A stretch of DNA of 64,000 nt from Eledone cirrhosa (lineage: Eukaryota). Made by a program: the position numbers and the translations under genes. How positions within the stretch are numbered: the stretch's first letter is position 1; each line of letters begins with the position of its first letter. The DNA is taken from NCBI GenBank assembly GCA_964016885.1, contig OZ024740.1, positions 107,570,001 to 107,634,000 of the forward strand, given 5' to 3'. The notes under the pieces are model-generated. The model ran no database searches and had not been told where the DNA came from. It saw nothing but the letters and a program-made list of their open reading frames with translations. Shown here one piece after another: positions 30,001 through 45,000 of the stretch.

Positions 30001-33000
30001 GGCTGGGTGAGAGGAGTAGAGCCAGTAATGAATGTTGTGAAGAGAAATGGAATAAGATGGTTGGATCATGTATTGAGGAAAGATGACAGTGGCTGGGTGA
30101 GAGGAGTAGAGCCAGTAATGAATGTTGTGAAGAGAAATGGAATAAGATGGTTGGGCCATGTATTGAGGAAAGATGACAGTGGCTGGGTGAGAGGAGTAGA
30201 GCCAGTAATGAATGTTGTGAAGAGAAATGGAATAAGATGGTTGGATCATGTATTGAGGAAAGATGACAGTGGCTGGGTGAGAGGAGTAGAGCCAGTAATG
30301 AATGTTGTGAAGAGAAATGGAATAAGATGGTTGGGCCATGTATTGAGGAAAGATGGCAGTGGCTGGGTGAGAGGAGTAGAGCCAGTAATGAATATTGTGA
30401 AGAGAAATGGAATAAGATGGTTGGGCCATGTATTGAGGAAAGATGACAGTGGCTGGGTGAGAGGAGTAGAGCCAGTAATGAATGTTGTGAAGAGAAATGG
30501 AATAAGATGGTTGGATCATGTATTGAGGAAAGATGACAGTGGCTGGGTGAGAGGAGTAGAGCCAGTAATGAATGTTGTGAAGAGAAATGGAATAAGATGG
30601 TTGGGCCATGTATTGAGGAAAGATGACAGTGGCTGGGTGAGAGGAGTAGAGCTAGTAATGAATGTTGTGAAGAGAAATGGAATAAGATGGTTGGGCCATG
30701 TATTGAGGAAAGATGACAGTGGCTGGGTGAGAGGGGTAGAGCCAGTAATGAATGTTGTTAAGAGAAATGGAATAAGATGGTTGGGCCATGTATTGAGGAA
30801 AGATGACAGTGGCTGGGTGAGAGGAGTAATGAATGTTGTGAAGAGAAATGGAATAAGATGGTTGGGCCATGTATTGAGGAAAGATGACAGTGGCTGGGTG
30901 AGAGGAGTAGAGCTAGTAATGAATGTTGTGAAGAGAAATGGAATAAGATGGTTGGGCCATGTATTGAGGAAAGATGACAGTGGCTGGGTGAGAGGAGTAG
31001 AGCCAGTAATGAATGTTGTGAAGTGAAATGGAATAAGATGGTTGGATCATGTATTGAGGAAAGATGACAGTGGCTGGGTGAGAGGAGTAGAGCCAGTAAT
31101 GAATGTTGTGAAGAGAAATGGAATAAGATGGTTGGATCATGTATTGAGGAAAGATGACAGTGGCTGGGTGAGAGGAGTAGAGCCAGTAATGAATGTTGTG
31201 AAGAGAAATGGAATAAGATGGTTGGATCATGTATTGAGGAAAGATGACAGTGGCTGGGTGAGAGGAGTAATGAATGTTGTGAAGAGAAATGGAATAAGAT
31301 GGTTGGGCCATATATTGAGGAAAGATGACAGTGGCTGGGTGAGAGGGGTAGAGCCAGTAATGAATGTTGTGAAGAGAAATGGAATAAGATGGTTGGGCCA
31401 TGTATTGAGGAAAGATGACAGTGGCTGTGTGAGAGGAGTAGAGCCAGTAATGAATGTTGTGAAGAGAAATGGAATAAGATGGTTGGGCCATATATTGAGG
31501 AAAGATGACAGTGGCTGGGTGAGAGGAGTAGAGCCAGTAATGAATGTTGTGAAGAGAAATGGAATAAGATGGTTGGATCATGTATTGAGGAAAGATGACA
31601 GTGGCTGGGTGAGAGGGGTAGAGCCAGTAATGAATGTTGTGAAGAGAAATGGAATAAGATGGTTGGGCCATGTATTGAGGAAAGATGACAGTGGCTGGGT
31701 GAGAGGAGTAGAGACAGTAATGAATGTTGTGAAGAGAAATGGAATAAGATGGTTGGATCATGTATTGAGGAAAGATGACAGTGGCTGGGTGAGAGGAGTA
31801 GAGCCAGTAATGAATGTTGTGAAGAGAAATGGAATAAGATGGTTGGGCCATATATTGAGGAAAGATGACAGTGGCTGGGTGAGAGGAGTAGAGCTAGTAA
31901 TGAATGTTGTGAAGAGTAATGGAATAAGATGGTTGGGCCATGTATTGAGGAAAGATGACAGTGGCTGGGTGAGAGGAGTAGAGCTAGTAATGTATGTTGT
32001 GAAGAGAAATGGAATAAGATGGTTGGGCCATGTATTGAGGAAAGATGGCAGTGGCTGGGTGAGAGGAGTAGAGCCAGTAATGAATGTTGTGAAGAGAAAT
32101 GGAATAAGATGGTTGGGCCATGTATTGAGGAAAGATGACAGTGGCTGGGTGAGAGGAGTAGAGCTAGTAATGAATGTTGTGAAGAGTAATGGAATAAGAT
32201 GGTTGGGCCATGTATTGAGGAAAGATGACAGTGGCTGGGTGAGAGGGGTAGAGCCAGTAATGAATGTTGTTAAGAGAAATGGAATAAGATGGTTGGGCCA
32301 TGTATTGAGGAAAGATGACAGTGGCTGGGTGAGAGGAGTAATGAATGTTGTGAAGAGAAATGGAATAAGATGGTTGGGCCATGTATTGAGGAAAGATGAC
32401 AGTGGCTGGGTGAGAGGAGTAGAGCTAGTAATGAATGTTGTGAAGAGAAATGGAATAAGATGGTTGGGCCATGTATTGAGGAAAGATGACAGTGGCTGGG
32501 TGAGAGGAGTAGAGCCAGTAATGAATGTTGTGAAGAGAAATGGAATAAGATGGTTGGATCATGTATTGAGGAAAGATGACAGTGGCTGGGTGAGAGGAGT
32601 AGAGCCAGTAATGAATGTTGTGAAGAGAAATGGAATAAGATGGTTGGATCATGTATTGAGGAAAGATGACAGTGGCTGGGTGAGAGGAGTAGAGCCAGTA
32701 ATGAATGTTGTGAAGAGAAATGGAATAAGATGGTTGGGCCATGTATTGAGGAAAGATGACAGTGGCTGGGTGAGAGGAGTAGAGCTAGTAATTAATGTTG
32801 TGAAGAGAAATGGAATAAGATGGTTGGGCCATGTATTGTGGAAAGATGACAGTGGCTGGGTGAGAGGAGTAGAGCCAGTAATGAATGTTGTGAAGAGAAA
32901 TGGAATAAGATGGTTGGATCATGTATTGAGGAAAGATGACAGTGGCTGGGTGAGAGGAGTAGAGCTAGTAATTAATGTTGTGAAGAGAAATGGAATAAGA

Positions 33001-36000
33001 TGGTTGGGCCATGTATTGAGGAAAGATGACAGTGGCTGGGTGAGAGGAGTAGAGCCAGTAATGAATGTTGTGAAGAGAAATGGAATAAGATGGTTGGATC
33101 ATGTATTGAGGAAAGATGACAGTGGCTGGGTGAGAGGAGTAGAGCCAGTAATGAATGTTGTGAAGAGAAATGGAATAAGATGGTTGGATCATGTATTGAG
33201 GAAAGATGACAGTGGCTGGGTGAGAGGAGTAGAGCCAGTAATGAATGTTGTGAAGAGAAATGGAATAAGATGGTTGGGCCATGTATTGAGGAAAGATGGC
33301 AGTGGCTGGGTGAGAGGAGTAGAGCCAGTAATGAATGTTGTGAAGAGAAATGGAATAAGATGGTTGGGCCATGTATTGAGGAAAGATGACAGTGGCTGGG
33401 TGAGAGGAGTAGAGCCAGTAATGAATGTTGTGAAGAGAAATGGAATAAGATGGTTGGGCCATGTATTGAGGAAAGATGACAGTGGCTGGGTGAGAGGAGT
33501 AGAGCTAGTAATGAATGTTGTGAAGAGAAATGGAATAAGATGGTTGGGCCATGTATTGAGGAAAGATGACAGTGGCTGGGTGAGAGGAGTAGAGCCAGTA
33601 ATGAATGTTGTGAAGAGAAATGGAATAAGATGGTTGGATCATGTATTGAGGAAAGATGACAGTGGCTGGGTGAGAGGAGTAGAGCCAGTAATGAATGTTG
33701 TGAAGAGAAATGGAATAAGATGGTTGGGCCATGTATTGAGGAAAGATGACAGTGGCTGGGTGAGAGGAGTAGAGCCAGTAATGAATGTTGTGAAGAGAAA
33801 TGGAATAAGATGGTTGGGCCATGTATTGAGGAAAGATGACAGTGGCTGGGTGAGAGGAGTAGAGCTAGTAATGAATGTTGTGAAGAGAAATGGAATAAGA
33901 TGGTTGGGCCATGTATTGAGGAAAGATGACAGTGGCTGGGTGAGAGGAGTAGAGCCAGTAATGAATGTTGTGAAGAGAAATGGAATAAGATGGTTGGGCC
34001 ATGTATTGAGGAAAGATGACAGTGGCTGGGTGAGAGGAGTAGAGCCAGTAATGAATGTTGTGAAGAGAAATGGAATAAGATGGTTGGATCATGTATTGAG
34101 GAAAGATGACAGTGGCTGGGTGAGAGGAGTAGAGCCAGTAATGAATGTTGTGAAGAGAAATGGAATAAGATGGTTGGGCCATATATTGAGGAAAGATGAC
34201 AGTGGCTGGGTGAGAGGAGTAGAGCTAGTAATGAATGTTGTGAAGAGAAATGGAATAAGATGGTTGGGCCATGTATTGAGGAAAGATGACAGTGGCTGGG
34301 TGAGAGGAGTAATGAATGTTGTGAAGAGAAATGGAATAAGATGGTTGGGCCATGTATTGAGGAAAGATGACAGTGGCTGGGTGAGAGGAGTAGAGCTAGT
34401 AATTAATGTTGTGAAGAGAAATGGAATAAGATGGTTGGGCCATGTATTGAGGAAAGATGACAGTGGCTGGGTGAGAGGAGTAGAGCCAGTAATGAATGTT
34501 GTGAAGAGAAATGGAATAAGATGGTTGGATCATGTATTGAGGAAAGATGACAGTGGCTGGGTGAGAGGAGTAGAGCCAGTAATGAATGTTGTGAAGAGAA
34601 ATGGAATAAGATGGTTGGGCCATGTATTGAGGAAAGATGGCAGTGGCTGGGTGAGAGGAGTAGAGCCAGTAATGAATGTTGTGAAGAGAAATGGAATAAG
34701 ATGGTTGGGCCATGTATTGAGGAAAGATGACAGTGGCTGGGTGAGAGGAGTAGAGCTAGTAATGAATGTTGTTAAGAGAAATGGAATAAGATGGTTGGGC
34801 CATGTATTGAGGAAAGATGACAGTGGCTGGGTGAGAGGAGTAATGAATGTTGTGAAGAGAAATGGAATAAGATGGTTGGGCCATGTATTGAGGAAAGATG
34901 GCAGTGGCTGGGTGAGAGGAGTAGAGCCAGTAATGAATGTTGTGAAGAGAAATGGAATAAGATGGTTGGGCCATGTATTGAGGAAAGATGACAGTGGCTG
35001 GGTGAGAGGAGTAGAGCTAGTAATGAATGTTGTGAAGAGAAATGGAATAAGATGGTTGGGCCATGTATTGAGGAAAGATGACAGTGGCTGGGTGAGAGGA
35101 GTAGAGCCAGTAATGAATGTTGTGAAGAGAAATGGAATAAGATGGTTGGGCCATGTATTGAGGAAAGATGACAGTGGTTGGGTGAGAGGAGTAGAGCCAG
35201 TAATGAATGTTGTGAAGAGAAATGGAATAAGATGGTTGGGCCATGTATTGAGGAAAGATGGCAGTGGCTGGGTGAGAGGAGTAGAGCCAGTAATGAATGT
35301 TGTGAAGAGAAATGGAATAAGATGGTTGGGCCATGTATTGAGGAAAGATGACAGTGGCTGGGTGAGAGGAGTAGAGCCAGTAATGAATGTTGTGAAGAGA
35401 AATGGAATAAGATGGTTGGATCATGTATTGAGGAAAGATGACAGTGGCTGGGTGAGAGGAGTAGAGCCAGTAATGAATGTTGTGAAGAGAAATGGAATAA
35501 GATGGTTGGATCATGTATTGAGGAAAGATGACAGTGGCTGGGTGAGAGGAGTAGAGCCAGTAATGAATGTTGTGAAGAGAAATGGAATAAGATGGTTGGG
35601 CCATGTATTGAGGAAAGATGACAGTGGCTGGGTGAGAGGAGTAGAGCCAGTAATGAATGTTGTGAAGAGAAATGGAATAAGATGGTTGGATCATGTATTG
35701 AGGAAAGATGACAGTGGCTGGGTGAGAGGAGTAGAGCCAGTAATGAATGTTGTGAAGAGAAATGGAATAAGATGGTTGGGCCATGTATTGAGGAAAGATG
35801 GCAGTGGCTGGGTGAGAGGAGTAGAGCCAGTAATGAATGTTGTGAAGAGAAATGGAATAAGATGGTTGGGCCATGTATTGAGGAAAGATGACAGTGGCTG
35901 GGTGAGAGGAGTAGAGCTAGTAATGAATGTTGTGAAGAGAAATGGAATAAGATGGTTGGGCCATGTATTGAGGAAAGATGACAGTGGCTGGGTGAGAGGG

Positions 36001-39000
36001 GTAGAGCCAGTAATGAATGTTGTTAAGAGAAATGGAATAAGATGGTTGGGCCATGTATTGAGGAAAGATGACAGTGGCTGGGTGAGAGGAGTAGAGCCAG
36101 TAATGAATGTTGTGAAGAGAAATGGAATAAGATGGTTGGATCATGTATTGAGGAAAGATGACAGTGGCTGGGTGAGAGGAGTAGAGTCAGTAATGAATGT
36201 TGTGAAGAGAAATGGAATAAGATGGTTGGGCCATGTATTGAGGAAAGATGACAGTGGCTGGGTGAGAGGAGTAGAGCCAGTAATGAATGTTGTGAAGAGA
36301 AATGGAATAAGATGGTTGGATCATGTATTGAGGAAAGATGACAGTGGCTGGGTGAGAGGAGTAGAGCCAGTAATGAATGTTGTGAAGAGAAATGGAATAA
36401 GATGGTTGGGCCATATATTGAGGAAAGATGACAGTGGCTGGGTGAGAGGAGTAGAGCTAGTAATGAATGTTGTGAAGAGAAATGGAATAAGATGGTTGGG
36501 CCATGTATTGAGGAAAGATGACAGTGGCTGGGTGAGAGGAGTAATGAATGTTGTGAAGAGAAATGGAATAAGATGGTTGGGCCATGTATTGAGGAAAGAT
36601 GACAGTGGCTGGGTGAGAGGAGTAGAGCTAGTAATTAATGTTGTGAAGAGAAATGGAATAAGATGGTTGGGCCATGTATTGAGGAAAGATGACAGTGGCT
36701 GGGTGAGAGGAGTAGAGCCAGTAATGAATGTTGTGAAGAGAAATGGAATAAGATGGTTGGATCATGTATTGAGGAAAGATGACAGTGGCTGGGTGAGAGG
36801 AGTAGAGCCAGTAATGAATGTTGTGAAGAGAAATGGAATAAGATGGTTGGGCCATGTATTGAGGAAAGATGGCAGTGGCTGGGTGAGAGGAGTAGAGCCA
36901 GTAATGAATGTTGTGAAGAGAAATGGAATAAGATGGTTGGGCCATGTATTGAGGAAAGATGACAGTGGCTGGGTGAGAGGAGTAGAGCTAGTAATGAATG
37001 TTGTTAAGAGAAATGGAATAAGATGGTTGGGCCATGTATTGAGGAAAGATGACAGTGGCTGGGTGAGAGGAGTAATGAATGTTGTGAAGAGAAATGGAAT
37101 AAGATGGTTGGGCCATGTATTGAGGAAAGATGGCAGTGGCTGGGTGAGAGGAGTAGAGCCAGTAATGAATGTTGTGAAGAGAAATGGAATAAGATGGTTG
37201 GGCCATGTATTGAGGAAAGATGACAGTGGCTGGGTGAGAGGAGTAGAGCTAGTAATGAATGTTGTGAAGAGAAATGGAATAAGATGGTTGGGCCATGTAT
37301 TGAGGAAAGATGACAGTGGCTGGGTGAGAGGAGTAGAGCCAGTAATGAATGTTGTGAAGAGAAATGGAATAAGATGGTTGGGCCATGTATTGAGGAAAGA
37401 TGACAGTGGTTGGGTGAGAGGAGTAGAGCCAGTAATGAATGTTGTGAAGAGAAATGGAATAAGATGGTTGGGCCATGTATTGAGGAAAGATGGCAGTGGC
37501 TGGGTGAGAGGAGTAGAGCCAGTAATGAATGTTGTGAAGAGAAATGGAATAAGATGGTTGGGCCATGTATTGAGGAAAGATGACAGTGGCTGGGTGAGAG
37601 GAGTAGAGCTAGTAATGAATGTTGTTAAGAGAAATGGAATAAGATGGTTGGGCCATGTATTGAGGAAAGATGACAGTGGCTGGGTGAGAGGAGTAATGAA
37701 TGTTGTGAAGAGAAATGGAATAAGATGGTTGGGCCATGTATTGAGGAAAGATGGCAGTGGCTGGGTGAGAGGAGTAGAGCCAGTAATGAATGTTGTGAAG
37801 AGAAATGGAATAAGATGGTTGGGCCATGTATTGAGGAAAGATGACAGTGGCTGGGTGAGAGGAGTAGAGCTAGTAATGAATGTTGTGAAGAGAAATGGAA
37901 TAAGATGGTTGGGCCATGTATTGAGGAAAGATGACAGTGGCTGGGTGAGAGGAGTAGAGCCAGTAATGAATGTTGTGAAGAGAAATGGAATAAGATGGTT
38001 GGGCCATGTATTGAGGAAAGATGACAGTGGTTGGGTGAGAGGAGTAGAGCCAGTAATGAATGTTGTGAAGAGAAATGGAATAAGATGGTTGGGCCATGTA
38101 TTGAGGAAAGATGGCAGTGGCTGGGTGAGAGGAGTAGAGCCAGTAATGAATGTTGTGAAGAGAAATGGAATAAGATGGTTGGGCCATGTATTGAGGAAAG
38201 ATGACAGTGGCTGGGTGAGAGGAGTAGAGCCAGTAATGAATGTTGTGAAGAGAAATGGAATAAGATGGTTGGATCATGTATTGAGGAAAGATGACAGTGG
38301 CTGGGTGAGAGGAGTAGAGCCAGTAATGAATGTTGTGAAGAGAAATGGAATAAGATGGTTGGATCATGTATTGAGGAAAGATGACAGTGGCTGGGTGAGA
38401 GGAGTAGAGCCAGTAATGAATGTTGTGAAGAGAAATGGAATAAGATGGTTGGGCCATGTATTGAGGAAAGATGGCAGTGGCTGGGTGAGAGGAGTAGAGC
38501 CAGTAATGAATGTTGTGAAGAGAAATGGAATAAGATGGTTGGGCCATGTATTGAGGAAAGATGGCAGTGGCTGGGTGAGAGGAGTAGAGCCAGTAATGAA
38601 TGTTGTGAAGAGAAATGGAATAAGATGGTTGGGCCATGTATTGAGGAAAGATGACAGTGGCTGGGTGAGAGGAGTAGAGCTAGTAATGAATGTTGTTAAG
38701 AGAAATGGAATAAGATGGTTGGGCCATGTATTGAGGAAAGATGACAGTGGCTGGGTGAGAGGAGTAATGAATGTTGTGAAGAGAAATGGAATAAGATGGT
38801 TGGGCCATGTATTGAGGAAAGATGGCAGTGGCTGGGTGAGAGGAGTAGAGCCAGTAATGAATGTTGTGAAGAGAAATGGAATAAGATGGTTGGGCCATGT
38901 ATTGAGGAAAGATGACAGTGGCTGGGTGAGAGGAGTAGAGCTAGTAATGAATGTTGTGAAGAGAAATGGAATAAGATGGTTGGGCCATGTATTGAGGAAA

Positions 39001-42000
39001 GATGACAGTGGCTGGGTGAGAGGAGTAGAGCCAGTAATGAATGTTGTGAAGAGAAATGGAATAAGATGGTTGGGCCATGTATTGAGGAAAGATGACAGTG
39101 GTTGGGTGAGAGGAGTAGAGCCAGTAATGAATGTTGTGAAGAGAAATGGAATAAGATGGTTGGGCCATGTATTGAGGAAAGATGGCAGTGGCTGGGTGAG
39201 AGGAGTAGAGCCAGTAATGAATGTTGTGAAGAGAAATGGAATAAGATGGTTGGGCCATGTATTGAGGAAAGATGACAGTGGCTGGGTGAGAGGAGTAGAG
39301 CCAGTAATGAATGTTGTGAAGAGAAATGGAATAAGATGGTTGGATCATGTATTGAGGAAAGATGACAGTGGCTGGGTGAGAGGAGTAGAGCCAGTAATGA
39401 ATGTTGTGAAGAGAAATGGAATAAGATGGTTGGATCATGTATTGAGGAAAGATGACAGTGGCTGGGTGAGAGGAGTAGAGCCAGTAATGAATGTTGTGAA
39501 GAGAAATGGAATAAGATGGTTGGGCCATGTATTGAGGAAAGATGACAGTGGCTGGGTGAGAGGAGTAGAGCCAGTAATGAATGTTGTGAAGAGAAATGGA
39601 ATAAGATGGTTGGATCATGTATTGAGGAAAGATGACAGTGGCTGGGTGAGAGGAGTAGAGCCAGTAATGAATGTTGTGAAGAGAAATGGAATAAGATGGT
39701 TGGGCCATGTATTGAGGAAAGATGGCAGTGGCTGGGTGAGAGGAGTAGAGCCAGTAATGAATGTTGTGAAGAGAAATGGAATAAGATGGTTGGGCCATGT
39801 ATTGAGGAAAGATGACAGTGGCTGGGTGAGAGGAGTAGAGCTAGTAATGAATGTTGTGAAGAGAAATGGAATAAGATGGTTGGGCCATGTATTGAGGAAA
39901 GATGACAGTGGCTGGGTGAGAGGGGTAGAGCCAGTAATGAATGTTGTTAAGAGAAATGGAATAAGATGGTTGGGCCATGTATTGAGGAAAGATGACAGTG
40001 GCTGGGTGAGAGGAGTAGAGCCAGTAATGAATGTTGTGAAGAGAAATGGAATAAGATGGTTGGATCATGTATTGAGGAAAGATGACAGTGGCTGGGTGAG
40101 AGGAGTAGAGTCAGTAATGAATGTTGTGAAGAGAAATGGAATAAGATGGTTGGGCCATGTATTGAGGAAAGATGACAGTGGCTGGGTGAGAGGAGTAGAG
40201 CCAGTAATGAATGTTGTGAAGAGAAATGGAATAAGATGGTTGGATCATGTATTGAGGAAAGATGACAGTGGCTGGGTGAGAGGAGTAGAGCCAGTAATGA
40301 ATGTTGTGAAGAGAAATGGAATAAGATGGTTGGGCCATATATTGAGGAAAGATGACAGTGGCTGGGTGAGAGGAGTAGAGCTAGTAATGAATGTTGTGAA
40401 GAGAAATGGAATAAGATGGTTGGGCCATGTATTGAGGAAAGATGACAGTGGCTGGGTGAGAGGAGTAATGAATGTTGTGAAGAGAAATGGAATAAGATGG
40501 TTGGGCCATGTATTGAGGAAAGATGACAGTGGCTGGGTGAGAGGAGTAGAGCTAGTAATTAATGTTGTGAAGAGAAATGGAATAAGATGGTTGGGCCATG
40601 TATTGAGGAAAGATGACAGTGGCTGGGTGAGAGGAGTAGAGCCAGTAATGAATGTTGTGAAGAGAAATGGAATAAGATGGTTGGATCATGTATTGAGGAA
40701 AGATGACAGTGGCTGGGTGAGAGGAGTAGAGCCAGTAATGAATGTTGTGAAGAGAAATGGAATAAGATGGTTGGGCCATGTATTGAGGAAAGATGGCAGT
40801 GGCTGGGTGAGAGGAGTAGAGCCAGTAATGAATGTTGTGAAGAGAAATGGAATAAGATGGTTGGGCCATGTATTGAGGAAAGATGACAGTGGCTGGGTGA
40901 GAGGAGTAGAGCTAGTAATGAATGTTGTTAAGAGAAATGGAATAAGATGGTTGGGCCATGTATTGAGGAAAGATGACAGTGGCTGGGTGAGAGGAGTAAT
41001 GAATGTTGTGAAGAGAAATGGTATAAGATGGTTGGGCCATGTATTGAGGAAAGATGGCAGTGGCTGGGTGAGAGGAGTAGAGCCAGTAATGAATGTTGTG
41101 AAGAGAAATGGAATAAGATGGTTGGGCCATGTATTGAGGAAAGATGACAGTGGCTGGGTGAGAGGAGTAGAGCTAGTAATGAATGTTGTGAAGAGAAATG
41201 GAATAAGATGGTTGGGCCATGTATTGAGGAAAGATGACAGTGGCTGGGTGAGAGGAGTAGAGCCAGTAATGAATGTTGTGAAGAGAAATGGAATAAGATG
41301 GTTGGGCCATGTATTGAGGAAAGATGACAGTGGTTGGGTGAGAGGAGTAGAGCCAGTAATGAATGTTGTGAAGAGAAATGGAATAAGATGGTTGGGCCAT
41401 GTATTGAGGAAAGATGGCAGTGGCTGGGTGAGAGGAGTAGAGCCAGTAATGAATGTTGTGAAGAGAAATGGAATAAGATGGTTGGGCCATGTATTGAGGA
41501 AAGATGACAGTGGCTGGGTGAGAGGAGTAGAGCCAGTAATGAATGTTGTGAAGAGAAATGGAATAAGATGGTTGGATCATGTATTGAGGAAAGATGACAG
41601 TGGCTGGGTGAGAGGAGTAGAGCCAGTAATGAATGTTGTGAAGAGAAATGGAATAAGATGGTTGGATCATGTATTGAGGAAAGATGACAGTGGCTGGGTG
41701 AGAGGAGTAGAGCCAGTAATGAATGTTGTGAAGAGAAATGGAATAAGATGGTTGGGCCATGTATTGAGGAAAGATGACAGTGGCTGGGTGAGAGGAGTAG
41801 AGCCAGTAATGAATGTTGTGAAGAGAAATGGAATAAGATGGTTGGATCATGTATTGAGGAAAGATGACAGTGGCTGGGTGAGAGGAGTAGAGCCAGTAAT
41901 GAATGTTGTGAAGAGAAATGGAATAAGATGGTTGGGCCATGTATTGAGGAAAGATGGCAGTGGCTGGGTGAGAGGAGTAGAGCCAGTAATGAATGTTGTG

Positions 42001-45000
42001 AAGAGAAATGGAATAAGATGGTTGGGCCATGTATTGAGGAAAGATGACAGTGGCTGGGTGAGAGGAGTAGAGCTAGTAATGAATGTTGTGAAGAGAAATG
42101 GAATAAGATGGTTGGGCCATGTATTGAGGAAAGATGACAGTGGCTGGGTGAGAGGGGTAGAGCCAGTAATGAATGTTGTTAAGAGAAATGGAATAAGATG
42201 GTTGGGCCATGTATTGAGGAAAGATGACAGTGGCTGGGTGAGAGGAGTAGAGCCAGTAATGAATGTTGTGAAGAGAAATGGAATAAGATGGTTGGATCAT
42301 GTATTGAGGAAAGATGACAGTGGCTGGGTGAGAGGAGTAGAGTCAGTAATGAATGTTGTGAAGAGAAATGAAATAAGATGGTTGGGCCATGTATTGAGGA
42401 AAGATGACAGTGGCTGGGTGAGAGGAGTAGAGCCAGTAATGAATGTTGTGAAGGGAAATGGAATAAGATGGTTGGGTCATGTATTGAGGAAAGATGACAG
42501 TGGCTGGGTGAGAGGGGTAGAGCCAGTAATGAATGTTGTGAAGAGAAATGGAATAAGATGGTTGGGCCATGTATTGAGGAAAGATGACAGTGGCTGGGTG
42601 AGAGGAGTAGAGCCAGTAATGAATGTTGTGAAGAGAAATGGAATAAGATGGTTTGATCATGTATTGAGGAAAGATGACAGTGGCTGGGTGAGAGGAGTAG
42701 AGCCAGTAATGAATGTTGTGAAGAGAAATGGAATAAGATGGTTGGATCATGTATTGAGGAAAGATGACAGTGGCTGGGTGAGAGGAGTAGAGTCAGTAAT
42801 GAATGTTGTGAAGAGAAATGGAATAAGATGGTTGGATCATGTATTGAGGAAAGATGACAGTGGCTGGGTGAGAGGAGTAGAGCCAGTAATGAATGTTGTG
42901 AAGGGAAATGGAATAAGATGGTTGGGTCATGTATTGAGGAAAGATGACAGTGGCTGGGTGAGAGGGGTAGAGCCAGTAATGAATGTTGTGAAGAGAAATG
43001 GAATAAGATGGTTGGGCCATGTATTGAGGAAAGATGACAGTGGCTGGGTGAGAGGAGTAGAGCCAGTAATGAATGTTGTGAAGAGAAATGGAATAAGATG
43101 GTTGGGCCATATATTGAGGAAAGATGACAGTGGCTGGGTGAGAGGAGTAGAGCCAGTAATGAATGTTGTGAAGAGAAATGGAATAAGATGGTTGGATCAT
43201 GTATTGAGGAAAGATGACAGTGGCTGGGTGAGAGGAGTAGAGTCAGTAATGAATGTTGTGAAGAGAAATGGAATAAGATGGTTGGATCATGTATTGAGGA
43301 AAGATGACAGTGGCTGGGTGAGAGGAGTAGAGCCAGTAATTAATGTTGTGAAGAGAAATGGAATAAGATGGTTGGGCCATGTATTGAGGAAAGATGACAG
43401 TGGCTGGGTGAGAGGAGTAGAGCCAGTAATGAATGTTGTGAAGAGAAATGGAATAAGATGGTTGGGCCATATATTGAGGAAAGATGACAGTGGCTGGGTG
43501 AGAGGAGTAGAGCCAGTAATGAATGTTGTGAAGAGAAATGGAATAAGATGGTTGGATCATGTATTGAGGAAAGATGACAGTGGCTGGGTGAGAGGAGTAG
43601 AGTCAGTAATGAATGTTGTGAAGAGAAATGGAATAAGATGGTTGGATCATGTATTGAGGAAAGATGACAGTGGCTGGGTGAGAGGAGTAGAGCCAGTAAT
43701 TAATGTTGTGAAGAGAAATGGAATAAGATGGTTGGGCCATGTATTGAGGAAAGATGACAGTCGCTGGGTGAGAGGAGTAGAGCCAGTAATGAATGTTGTG
43801 AAGAGAAATGGAATAAGATGGTTGGGCCATGTATTGAGGAAAGATGACAGTGGCTGGGTGAGAGGAGTAGAGCCAGTAATGAATGTTGTGAAGAGAAATG
43901 GAATAAGATGGTTGGGCCATATATTGAGGAAAGATGACAGTGGCTGGGTGAGAGGAGTAGAGCCAGTAATGAATGTTGTGAAGAGAAATGGAATAAGATG
44001 GTTGGATCATGTATTGAGGAAAGATGACAGTGGCTGGGTGAGAGGAGTAGAGTCAGTAATGAATGTTGTGAAGAGAAATGGAATAAGATGGTTGGATCAT
44101 GTATTGAGGAAAGATGACAGTGGCTGGGTGAGAGGAGTAGAGCCAGTAATTAATGTTGTGAAGAGAAATGGAATAAGATGGTTGGATCATGTATTGAGGA
44201 AAGATGACAGTGGCTGGGTGAGAGGAGTAGAGACAGTAATGAATGTTGTGAAGGGAAATGGAATAAGATGGTTGGATCATGTATTGAGGAAAGATGACAG
44301 TGGCTGGGTGAGAGGAGTAGAGTCAGTAATGAATGTTGTGAAGAGAAATGGAATAAGATGGTTGGATCATGTATTGAGGAAAGATGACAGTGGCTGGGTG
44401 AGAGGAGTAGAGCCAGTAATGAATGTTGTGAAGAGAAATGGAATAAGATGGTTGGGCCATGTATTGAGGAAAGATGGCAGTGGCTGGGTGAGAGGAGTAG
44501 AGCCAGTAATGAATGTTGTGAAGAGAAATGGAATAAGATGGTTGGGCCATGTATTGAGGAAAGATGACAGTGGCTGGGTGAGAGGAGTAGAGCCAGTAAT
44601 GAATGTTGTGAAGAGAAATGGAATAAGATGGTTGGATCATGTATTGAGGAAAGATGACAGTGGCTGGGTGAGAGGAGTAGAGTCAGTAATGAATGTTGTG
44701 AAGAGAAATGAAATAAGATGGTTGGGCCATGTATTGAGGAAAGATGACAGTGGCTGGGTGAGAGGAGTAGAGCCAGTAATGAATGTTGTGAAGAGAAATG
44801 GAATAAGATGGTTGGGCCATGTATTGAGGAAAGATGACAGTGGCTGGGTGAGAGGAGTAGAGCCAGTAATGAATGTTGTGAAGAGAAATGGAATAAGATG
44901 GTTGGGCCATGTATTGAGGAAAGATGACAGTGGCTGGGTGAGAGGAGTAGAGCCAGTAATGAATGTTGTGAAGAGAAATGGAATAAGATGGTTGGGCCAT

